In this document: piece after piece, positions 10,278 to 18,391 of the stretch
Numbering within the stretch: the first letter of the stretch is position 1
How the letters are laid out: each line of letters starts with the position of its first letter
From: a virus
DNA length: 64,000 nucleotides
Virus record (IMG/VR): IMGVR_UViG_3300010160_000045
Span: 3,816-67,815 of that record
Reading direction: 5' to 3' (one strand)
Program-made: the position numbers and the translations under genes
The notes under the pieces: model-generated
Databases searched by the model: none
What the model was told of the DNA's origin: nothing
The model's input: only the letters and a program-made list of their open reading frames with translations

Positions 10278-13200
10278 GGACAGTTTCCTTTTTTGGTTAT
10301 TAATTGTTGTTCTTCTAATTGTCTATTTATATCTTTTATGTTGTCAAAGATAAGTTTTATTTTTGGGTCACTTGATATTAATTCTTTCATTTTTCTGTTA
10401 GCATCTCTCCTTGATGATGGGGAATTGCTCTTGTTGTCAACTGTCTCAAATTGCTCAAATATTTCGTCTATCTTAGATGAAGGTGTTTGTTTTGTTTTTG
10501 TTTTAGTTTGTTCTTTAGATAGTAGGGATTCTACTGCTTTTACCAATTCGGGATTTAAATTATTTATTTTTGCTTTTACATATTCTATTGCTATCTTATT
10601 TTTTTTAATGACATTTGTTTTATCTCCTGTTAATTCTGCCAAAGCTAATTTATCCGCATTTGGCATATTCTCTAAAACAGGTTCTAAGACAGGAAAAATT
10701 ACTTCTGCCCCTTTCATTAACTTCTGTTGGTCTGAAAGATTTTTATCATTAACAACATCATCCAACGCTTTAGCTGTACTCTCTACATCTCTTAATGCAG
10801 GGTTATCTACTACACCACTACCTACTTCCTTATCCTTTAAAGCAGCTGTTTCTGCATTAGGTATTGCAGCATTAAGCTCTTTTTGCTCTTCTGCTCTTAA
10901 CCTTTCAACTTCTGCTGCTCTGTCGGCTTCTACAGTAGGGGCAACCTCAGCCTTGCTTTTTGCAACAGATGGATTTTTTAATTCATTTACTACCGCATCT
11001 TTTAATGCTGCAAAGTCTGACTGCTGCACTTTTCCTAATTTCAAATCTTCGTTGCCCTTGGCTTTTATTTTTGCTACTTCCGCATCAACTATTTCTTTTA
11101 TTGATTTAGTGTTTACATTAGTCCCCTCTGGCACTATTACTGATACTTGTAGATTACCTCGTCTATTAAAGTCGTCTATTGCGTCTACTTTAATATGTAC
11201 TATTTGATTTCCCTTATTGTCTTTTTGTACTGATACTCCATTCTCATCAAATTTTAACCCCCTTGCATCTGTTACTCTACCATCTGCCTTAGAGTCATAA
11301 TTAGAACTTTCAAATGTTTCAAGCCCTTGTCTTGTTCCTTGTATTACTACCTTTGGATTTTCAATAGGGGCAAACTGAGCCGCCCCATCTGTTCCTAATA
11401 CTTGCTTTTCTTTGAGGTCGACTTGCTGCCCTCCATCTTCTCCTTCGCTTTGTAGGATTTTGGTGACATTTTCTTCTCCATCTTTTCCTCTTTTTTGCTC
11501 TCCATCTTCATCATTTTTTTCATTTGTTTTTGTTTTTATTGTTTCCCCTGCTATGGCTTCGGGTGTTGCCTTGTTTGATAAGTCAATTAATTCTTGGTCG
11601 GTTGTTGATATAGGCTTTATTGTTTCGTTTTCTTTAAAATTTCGGTATATATTTTTAAAATTACCCTTAGCTTCTTGTTCAAGAGTTGATACAATATCAC
11701 TTGGCGTTGAATCATTATACTCAGCCATTGCAAATGAGTAATTATCTCTACCGCCTGCTTCTCCATTTCTCTCAATTGGTCTTTTAAATAAGCCTACTAT
11801 TATATATTTTTTGCCATCTTTAGTAATTACTTTTGCAAAAGATTTTTCTTGCCTAATTTCATCCATAGTGTTGTAATCACTTCTTGGGTCAAAAGAATCT
11901 CTTGATACAGGCTGAAAGCCACTATTCAATCCACTAAGAATTATATTTGGTTTAATTATTTCATTTGTTGTTGTTTTAGGGGTTAATAATTCTTCTACTG
12001 CTTTTACTAATTCGGGATTATCATTGTTTTTTATGGCATCGTGGTACGCATCAGCAATAGATTCATTCCCAAATCTTCCTTTATTTCTATCCCCAAAATA
12101 TTTTGATGGAGTAATTGCCAAAATAGCATCATTAGCATCCCTGTTATTTTTAGTTATTTCATCCAATGCTTTAGTCGTACTCTCTACATCTCTTAATGCT
12201 TCTACACCTTGTCCATCACCTACTGCCTTTTCTTGGGGTAGGGTGGGTTGATTTTTAAACTTTACATCATAGTTACCAACTGTTCCATCTTTAAAATAAA
12301 TTCTTACTGTTCCAACTGCTTGTTCTTCCGAGTTTTTTCCTCTTGTTTCCAATAATTGCACCTTAGAAATATCTGCCAAATCAAGTTCGACAAAGCCAGA
12401 AGATTCTAAATCTATTATATTCTTATCTATTTCTTTGGCTTGTGGCAAGTCTTTATTTGCCCTATTGGTAGTATATTTTTGAACCACATTCAAATCCACG
12501 TTCCCCTCTACTGCCTTTTCTTGGGGTAGGTTGGGTTGTTCTACTGCTTTTAATTCTTCTTCTTCAAATCTTTTTTCAATATCTTTTAAAACATCTTCTC
12601 TTGTACCTCCAACGTGGGATATTCCAGTTTCAAATCCAGTTTCACTAAATATAGTAGCCTCCCACCTATTTCCATTTTGTTTTATGCTTTTTAAAGCATC
12701 TTGTTTTCTCCTTTCTATATCAGCTTTTTTAGCATCTATTTCTTCTTTAGTCTTTGGTACTTGCTCTCCTTCTGCTGTTGGAGTAACTTGCTCATCTGCC
12801 TTTGGCTGCATATTAGCCTGCTCTGCCTCAAACTCTTCCTTAGTTAAGTTAACTACTCCCTTGCCGTCATTTCTGTTTATTGTTCCGTAGTTAGAAGGGG
12901 TTGATGAAGTGTTCTTTTTTAAGGTGTCCTCTGCTGATTGCCTTTGCTCGGTTTTGTAGTTTTCAAGCATTGTAATATCCTCGTCTAACTGCTCCATAAA
13001 AGCATCTATTTGAGGTGTTGCCAATGGTCTTGTTTTAGAGCCTTTCATTGCCTTTAACTCCTTATACTTTCCGTACAAGTAATCGCTTGCCTCTTGAACT
13101 GAATTAATATCTGTTGGTAAATTACCTTCAATTCTGTCAAAAGTGCTTACAATGTTTTTAGGTAAATCCTCAAATATATTAAACTCTACACCTAACTCTT

Positions 13201-15289
13201 TTCTTTTTTCTTGAACTCTTGAAACTATGTTGTCTATTGACTTATCTAAAAATACTTTCTTTTCCGCTTCTAACTCTTTAATTTGTTGCTCAACTAATGC
13301 CTTGCTGTCTTTATCATCAATAGCACCTAACGAATTTTCAAGTGTTTCAATTTTTGCTTGAATGTTTGTTACTGCTTCGTACTCGTCCTTATTTAATGTT
13401 TCCCTTAATTGCTTATCATCTTCCTCTGTCAATAAAGATATTCTTTCAGCCTCAGCATCAGCCTTAGATTGAATTATATCCTTTGCATCGGCACTTACTA
13501 ATGGATTTGTTAATGTTTTATTCAGATTATTTAAGGTTTCTTGCGCCTTCTTTATCTCGTTCTTCTTGTCATTATTAACCGCTGTGTACGCTTGCTTTGG
13601 TTGCATTAATCCCATTCCACCTCCCATTGCTGCTCCTACATAGAAAGCATCTGGAACACCTTGAAATAAATGCTTTTTAGATAGCATTGATAAAGCATCT
13701 TGCTTCTCCTCATCACTCATATCGCTGCTGGCAATATCATTGTACTTTTTCTTATACTCAGTATCTACTCCGCTAATCATATTAACGTAGTTTTGAGTAA
13801 ATGCTGTTTCAGCCTCTGACACGCCTTCCATTACAGCAGATGTTGCAGGGAACATTTTCTTAGCTACCTTCCCATATACTTGCTGCCAAATAGTTTTTGC
13901 TGTTTCCTCAGCTGCTTTTACGCCTTCTTTTTTAAATAGCCTTGCTCCATGCTTTACTATTTCCAATGTTCCTGTGGCTTCAAATATACCCTCAAGAGTT
14001 CCGTTTACCCAAGAATTTATATAGTTGGTATTGTCATCTATGCCCTTCTTTTTATTTTCCTCAAATGTTTGACTTCCAAATACTGCTGCACCTCCCAATG
14101 TTACTCCTAATGCTCCTGCTCCCATCCCTCCACTTAAAGCTATTGCCGCTGTGGTTGGGGCTGACTCCATTATTGATTCACTTATCAAATTAAACGCTTT
14201 GGCATATTCGCCATTTTCAAATAAGTTTTGAATGCTGTAGTCCGCTTGCTCCTTTTTCTTTTCTATTACCTTGCTATAAGCATCTGCATTGTCTTCAAAG
14301 TATTTTGCTGCCTGTTGTAAGTACCCATCTGTTTGCGGATTTGCATATATTGGAACGCCTGTTTCTTTAGCTATCTTGTTTTGAAGTGCTATCATTGTAT
14401 TGTAAACAAACGATGGCGCACGCAAAACCCCTGCTGTTAAAGTATTTAGTCCAGAATTAAGTGCCTGCCATTGGTTTGTTGTATATTGTTGATTTTCAGA
14501 TATCCCTATCATATCAGAATCAAGGGTTTTCTTTCTGTCGTCAAGATACTCTAACTTTATAGCTTGCTTTCTTAATTCTCTTGCCTGTTTGTCATAGTTG
14601 TTAATTATTGGCTTCGCTGATTCAATTAATCTATTTGCAGTATCAATATCTCCTTCTGCTTTAGCTTTTTCTACTTGCTGCTTTATTGTATTTAGTTCAC
14701 TCTCGTACTGAGTTAAAATAACCTTTTTTGAATCAAATATTTTTGATTGACCTTTGTATAAATTATCAACTGACGATGCTCTCATTTCAAGGTTTTTTAC
14801 TTCCTGAAATGCTTGGTCAGCTGTTAATGGAACTGGAGCAATAGGGTTTTCGGCAACATTTCTTTTTAACTCGTTAATGTCAAATATTACCGTGCCTAAC
14901 TTTGTTTTTTTAGGCTCTTGACGAATTGGCTTGCCATCCTCAAATAATTTTATATCCGATGGCGCTTCTTGAATAGGCATCGGCTTTCCCTTTGCCACAG
15001 GAACTTGTACTTTTGGCTCTGCTGGTTTTAATGGATTAGCTTCTGTTGTCCACGAACCCAATTCTGAACCGCCCGATGGCAATGTAGGCGTTGAAGGTGT
15101 TGTTCTCGCACCACTCTCTCCACCTGTCTTTGAGGGTGCGTTGGACTTTGGGCTGCCGTACTTCTTTTTAAAGTCTGACGCATACGCCATTATAGCATCA
15201 TTGTCTGCGCCCCCTTCGGACATTGCTCTTAGATTTTGGTCTAATTGAGATTTTCTTTGCTCGTCTAATATTGTTTCTTCTGTTGGCAT
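10274..15289 (-). CDS. Large internal virion/ejected protein with a mosaic C-terminal half
   Basis: 1671 aa. Gly/Ala hydrophobic segments (AAIALSGGMGAGALGVTLGGAAVFG) typical of DNA-ejection proteins, coiled coils and repeated modules. It lies after the tail genes. Confidence 0.7.
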   Translation of the reverse strand: MPTEETILDEQRKSQLDQNLRAMSEGGADNDAIMAYASDFKKKYGSPKSNAPSKTGGESGARTTPSTPTLPSGGSELGSWTTEANPLKPAEPKVQVPVAKGKPMPIQEAPSDIKLFEDGKPIRQEPKKTKLGTVIFDINELKRNVAENPIAPVPLTADQAFQEVKNLEMRASSVDNLYKGQSKIFDSKKVILTQYESELNTIKQQVEKAKAEGDIDTANRLIESAKPIINNYDKQARELRKQAIKLEYLDDRKKTLDSDMIGISENQQYTTNQWQALNSGLNTLTAGVLRAPSFVYNTMIALQNKIAKETGVPIYANPQTDGYLQQAAKYFEDNADAYSKVIEKKKEQADYSIQNLFENGEYAKAFNLISESIMESAPTTAAIALSGGMGAGALGVTLGGAAVFGSQTFEENKKKGIDDNTNYINSWVNGTLEGIFEATGTLEIVKHGARLFKKEGVKAAEETAKTIWQQVYGKVAKKMFPATSAVMEGVSEAETAFTQNYVNMISGVDTEYKKKYNDIASSDMSDEEKQDALSMLSKKHLFQGVPDAFYVGAAMGGGMGLMQPKQAYTAVNNDKKNEIKKAQETLNNLNKTLTNPLVSADAKDIIQSKADAEAERISLLTEEDDKQLRETLNKDEYEAVTNIQAKIETLENSLGAIDDKDSKALVEQQIKELEAEKKVFLDKSIDNIVSRVQEKRKELGVEFNIFEDLPKNIVSTFDRIEGNLPTDINSVQEASDYLYGKYKELKAMKGSKTRPLATPQIDAFMEQLDEDITMLENYKTEQRQSAEDTLKKNTSSTPSNYGTINRNDGKGVVNLTKEEFEAEQANMQPKADEQVTPTAEGEQVPKTKEEIDAKKADIERRKQDALKSIKQNGNRWEATIFSETGFETGISHVGGTREDVLKDIEKRFEEEELKAVEQPNLPQEKAVEGNVDLNVVQKYTTNRANKDLPQAKEIDKNIIDLESSGFVELDLADISKVQLLETRGKNSEEQAVGTVRIYFKDGTVGNYDVKFKNQPTLPQEKAVGDGQGVEALRDVESTTKALDEITKNNRDANDAILAITPSKYFGDRNKGRFGNESIADAYHDAIKNNDNPELVKAVEELLTPKTTTNEIIKPNIILSGLNSGFQPVSRDSFDPRSDYNTMDEIRQEKSFAKVITKDGKKYIIVGLFKRPIERNGEAGGRDNYSFAMAEYNDSTPSDIVSTLEQEAKGNFKNIYRNFKENETIKPISTTDQELIDLSNKATPEAIAGETIKTKTNEKNDEDGEQKRGKDGEENVTKILQSEGEDGGQQVDLKEKQVLGTDGAAQFAPIENPKVVIQGTRQGLETFESSNYDSKADGRVTDARGLKFDENGVSVQKDNKGNQIVHIKVDAIDDFNRRGNLQVSVIVPEGTNVNTKSIKEIVDAEVAKIKAKGNEDLKLGKVQQSDFAALKDAVVNELKNPSVAKSKAEVAPTVEADRAAEVERLRAEEQKELNAAIPNAETAALKDKEVGSGVVDNPALRDVESTAKALDDVVNDKNLSDQQKLMKGAEVIFPVLEPVLENMPNADKLALAELTGDKTNVIKKNKIAIEYVKAKINNLNPELVKAVESLLSKEQTKTKTKQTPSSKIDEIFEQFETVDNKSNSPSSRRDANRKMKELISSDPKIKLIFDNIKDINRQLEEQQLITKKGNCP
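10529..12199. repeat. Paired repeats encoding ALRDVEST(A/T)KALD and NPELVKAVE
   Basis: 40-bp copies at 10759-10798 and 12160-12199 (3 mismatches). 27-bp copies at 10529-10555 and 11993-12019 (1 mismatch). Confidence 0.85.
11395..11523 (-). CDS. Candidate overprinted 42-aa K/M/E-rich protein (MKKMMKMESKKEEKMEKKMSPKSYKAKEKMEGSKSTSKKSKY)
   Basis: Alternative frame inside the 1671-aa gene. Preceded by aataaaaacaaaaacaaATG, which resembles the intergenic start contexts used elsewhere in this genome. Confidence 0.5.
   Translation of the reverse strand: MKKMMKMESKKEEKMEKKMSPKSYKAKEKMEGSKSTSKKSKY
12220..12538. repeat. 31-bp direct repeat (12220-12250 and 12508-12538, 1 mismatch) flanking an in-frame module
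   Basis: ctactgccttttcttggggtagg(g/t)tgggttg encodes QP(T/N)LPQEKAV twice, 288 bp (96 codons) apart. Confidence 0.85.
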
Positions 15290-15292
15290 AGT

Positions 15293-16948
15293 TTATTTAA
15301 ATGTTGGATTACCGTCTGCATCTAATCCTGCGTATTTTTTACCTTTTATATCTCCTTTCTTTGGCGCTGCTGCCTTTTCAGGCTTATGTGCGCCAATTGT
15401 TTTGTCGTACAAATCCTTTCCTAAATTTGTTTTTAAGTTCTCAATTTCTTGGTCTGAAGAAATTATTACAGTTTTCTTAATGCCTGTGCCTTTAATAAGA
15501 TTATTATATTTGTCATACCTTGCAGGAATTGTTATATCTACATACTCTGGCTTGCCTGTTTTCTTGTTTACATTTACACCCTCTATTTGAACATCTGTCT
15601 TTCCTGCAATGTTAAACTTCTTTGGATTTTCTCCTGCTGCTGCTGTTTGGATTGAATGATAGTAGTAGTCGCCTATAACTTTATCCGTTTTTTTACCATC
15701 CTTTACTTCGTATAGAGGATTTTCTACCGCATCACCAATGTTCCATATTTTATTATTTCCACCTCCGCCAACAGTTATATTAAAACCTCCCCCACCGCTT
15801 CTTGGAGCTTTAGTTACATCTCTGTCGTTCTTAATTCTATCTGCCTCTGCTGACCTTGCATTTTGCATAAAGTCCTCGTAGGCAACTTTTGCAACTGATT
15901 CCTGAACGAAATCCTTTAGCTTTTCTCCGCTAAGACCTGCCTCAGTTCCTTTGTCCATTGCCTCGTACTCCAACGCTCTTTGATATTGTTTGTGGCTCTT
16001 GTCCCCAAAGTTACCATCTCCAATCATTGAACTTGCAAACTTTCTTGCATCTAAGTCTGCGCCCTTTTCATCAAACTCATAAATTATTTCTCCTGTTGTT
16101 GGAGTTATTTTATCCGTTTTCTTTGTATAGCTGGCAAATTTATGGTTGTCACCAAAGTACCCTTTTGATGCTAATACAATGTTAGGTCGCTTTAATGTTG
16201 TTAATTCATTCTCTAAGGCGTTTATGTTAGTCATCTTCCTTTCGCTGATAGGACGGTCTAAATAAGGAGTGCCTTGAAAACTTGTAGTTGTTTCGGTGGC
16301 TTTCATTCCTCTGCTACCATTGTCAACTGATTCAGTCTTTGTTATTGTGGTTGGCTTTCCGTCATTGCCTATTATTTGCCTTTCTGTTGTTTTGTCTGTA
16401 GATGTTTCTGCTGATGGCATTTTACCTGCTCTGTCTGCTTCACTTGCTGCCATAAAATCATCATTAGGCATCTCCGCTGTTGTAGTTGGGTCTGTATGAC
16501 CCTTCATCAAAAGGTTGTTAAATCTTTCTGTGTCGTGTGTTTCTTGCTTTGCTGCTACAGATTGTATTGCCTCCCAGTCCCTTTCCATAACGTACTTGTT
16601 GTCCTGTGCTCCTTTAATATAATCTCTTTGTATTTTTTCAAGCTGAGAACGAGTTATTTTTGGGTCAGCTGCCGCAATCATTATAGCATTGTAACCCTTT
16701 TGTTTGAATTGCAAGTCCTTTTCTCTGTCATTAGGGTGAACATTGACTAATGGAGTAAAGTCAGTAGACGCAGCAATAGCATCCTTTAGCTTTTGCTCTT
16801 GGTCTGCCTTCTTTGCTGCTTCTTTTCTCTTTTCTTCTTTTTGTGCTTGCAGGGCATCGCCTGTCTTAGAAATGATGCCAGCAAGTCCCCCAAAAACATC
16901 TACGTTCTCCCTCTGTTCACCTATTGCACTCGCTAATCTTATTGCCAT
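15293..16948 (-). CDS. Putative internal virion/ejection protein
   Basis: 551 aa, charged, Cys-free, located in the ejection-protein block. Confidence 0.6.
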   Translation of the reverse strand: MAIRLASAIGEQRENVDVFGGLAGIISKTGDALQAQKEEKRKEAAKKADQEQKLKDAIAASTDFTPLVNVHPNDREKDLQFKQKGYNAIMIAAADPKITRSQLEKIQRDYIKGAQDNKYVMERDWEAIQSVAAKQETHDTERFNNLLMKGHTDPTTTAEMPNDDFMAASEADRAGKMPSAETSTDKTTERQIIGNDGKPTTITKTESVDNGSRGMKATETTTSFQGTPYLDRPISERKMTNINALENELTTLKRPNIVLASKGYFGDNHKFASYTKKTDKITPTTGEIIYEFDEKGADLDARKFASSMIGDGNFGDKSHKQYQRALEYEAMDKGTEAGLSGEKLKDFVQESVAKVAYEDFMQNARSAEADRIKNDRDVTKAPRSGGGGFNITVGGGGNNKIWNIGDAVENPLYEVKDGKKTDKVIGDYYYHSIQTAAAGENPKKFNIAGKTDVQIEGVNVNKKTGKPEYVDITIPARYDKYNNLIKGTGIKKTVIISSDQEIENLKTNLGKDLYDKTIGAHKPEKAAAPKKGDIKGKKYAGLDADGNPTFK

Positions 16949-17718
16949 GGGTTAAGTTTTTTCATTGTTAAATTAAGCATATCGTAATCTACTTTGTAGT
17001 ATCCGCCTTCTTCTATTACTGCGCTTGGATTTGTTTTTAAAACCTCTTGCGCCATAACTCCACTATACTTAACATTTGGCTCGCTTATATACTCAAACTC
17101 GTATATTTTATGTCCATTTTCAGTATGCGAATATACAATATTTTTCTTTAATCTAATATCACTCGCTATTATCGCTGCACCGCCAAGTGATGCTGCTGCA
17201 TTTAAAGCCGCTGCCCTTCTTGCATCTCGTTGAGCATACCAGTCTGACTCTGCTTGCCCTATGGCTTGTTCTGCCATAATGTTCTTGTTGAAGTTTTGGG
17301 TAAATACATCTTGTGATACTTTTGATGCGCTACCTAATTGGTCTAAATACTGTAATGTTTGTTGTTGCTTTTGCATTTTTACCGCTTGGTCTTGGGCAGC
17401 TAATCCTGTCTCAAATTTATTGGCATTGGAGTTCATATTGGCATTTATGTATTTTGCCAATGCGTTGCCGCCTGCATTTTGAGCGTTCTGAACTCCTAAG
17501 TTAGTACTTTCTGCAAATCCTTGTCTTGCTGCTGCGGTTTGTTCGGGCGAAAATCCAAATTCAGATTCTCTTTTTGATTTTTGGTAATCAGCAAGGCTTT
17601 TTGAGTAGTAGTCTTGATTTTCCTTTGTTACCGTTGCTGTATTATAGGGGCTATTTTCTAACTCCGATGCTTGTGAATTTATTTCTGCGAGTCTTTCTCT
17701 ATTGCTCATTCCTGCCAT
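16939..17718 (-). CDS. Putative ejection protein with a C-terminal intramolecular chaperone (Peptidase S74-like) domain
   Basis: Q/A/N-rich body. C-terminal 'SDIRLKKNI...IYEFEY...GVMAQEV...AV...GYYKVDY'. Confidence 0.8.
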   Translation of the reverse strand: MAGMSNRERLAEINSQASELENSPYNTATVTKENQDYYSKSLADYQKSKRESEFGFSPEQTAAARQGFAESTNLGVQNAQNAGGNALAKYINANMNSNANKFETGLAAQDQAVKMQKQQQTLQYLDQLGSASKVSQDVFTQNFNKNIMAEQAIGQAESDWYAQRDARRAAALNAAASLGGAAIIASDIRLKKNIVYSHTENGHKIYEFEYISEPNVKYSGVMAQEVLKTNPSAVIEEGGYYKVDYDMLNLTMKKLNPWQ

Positions 17719-17742
17719 ATCTGTCGTTTTTTATATAAAGAT

Positions 17743-18390
17743 TTATACTATTACTGTTCCGTAATCAGAATAACTGCCATACGTTGTGTCTTCAGGAGAA
17801 CCTATTAAACTTGTATCAGTACCTGCCGAACTTGCTGCTGCTTTTATTGCTGCGCTTCCAAGTGAGCCTGCTGCGTTTAAATAAGATGCTCTTCTTCTAT
17901 CTCTTTGAGCATACCAGTCCGACTCTGCCTTTCCTATAGCTTGCTCTGCCATAATGTTCTTGTTGAAGTTTTGGGTTGCTACATCTTGTGAAATAGATGA
18001 TGCCTGCCCTACTTGATTTAAGTATTGTATTAATTGCTGTTGCTTTTGCATCTTTACTGCTTGGTCTTCCGAAGCCAGTCCTGTTTCAAACTTGTTAGCA
18101 TTGGAGTTCATGTTAGCGTTGATGTACTTTGATAATGTATTCCCACCTGCATTTTGAGCATTTTGAACTCCCAAGTTGGTGCTTTCTGCAAATCCTTGTC
18201 TTGCTGCTGCGGTTTGTTCGGGCGAAAATCCAAATTCAGATTCTCTTTTTGATTTTGCATAGTCAGCCATTGTCTTTGCATAGTAGTCTTGATTTTCTTT
18301 AGATACCTTTGCTGTGTTATAAGGACTGTTTTCTAACTCTGATGCTTGTGCGTTTATGCTTGCAAGTCTTTGCTTGTTGCTTAATGCCAT
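17743..18390 (-). CDS. Putative ejection protein, paralog of 16939..17718 lacking the S74 domain
   Basis: The first ~180 aa are nearly identical to the downstream gene. Confidence 0.75.
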   Translation of the reverse strand: MALSNKQRLASINAQASELENSPYNTAKVSKENQDYYAKTMADYAKSKRESEFGFSPEQTAAARQGFAESTNLGVQNAQNAGGNTLSKYINANMNSNANKFETGLASEDQAVKMQKQQQLIQYLNQVGQASSISQDVATQNFNKNIMAEQAIGKAESDWYAQRDRRRASYLNAAGSLGSAAIKAAASSAGTDTSLIGSPEDTTYGSYSDYGTVIV

Positions 18391-18391
18391 A

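Noticed and set aside
10293-11207. 304-aa plus-strand ORF, and many shorter antisense ORFs over 1.4-37 kb
   Set aside because: These are S/F/L-rich antisense shadows of K/E-rich minus-strand genes, with no start context or motifs.
16939-18390. Diversity-generating retroelement (TR/VR pair)
   Set aside because: Differences between the copies are mostly synonymous and not adenine-specific, and no reverse transcriptase was seen.
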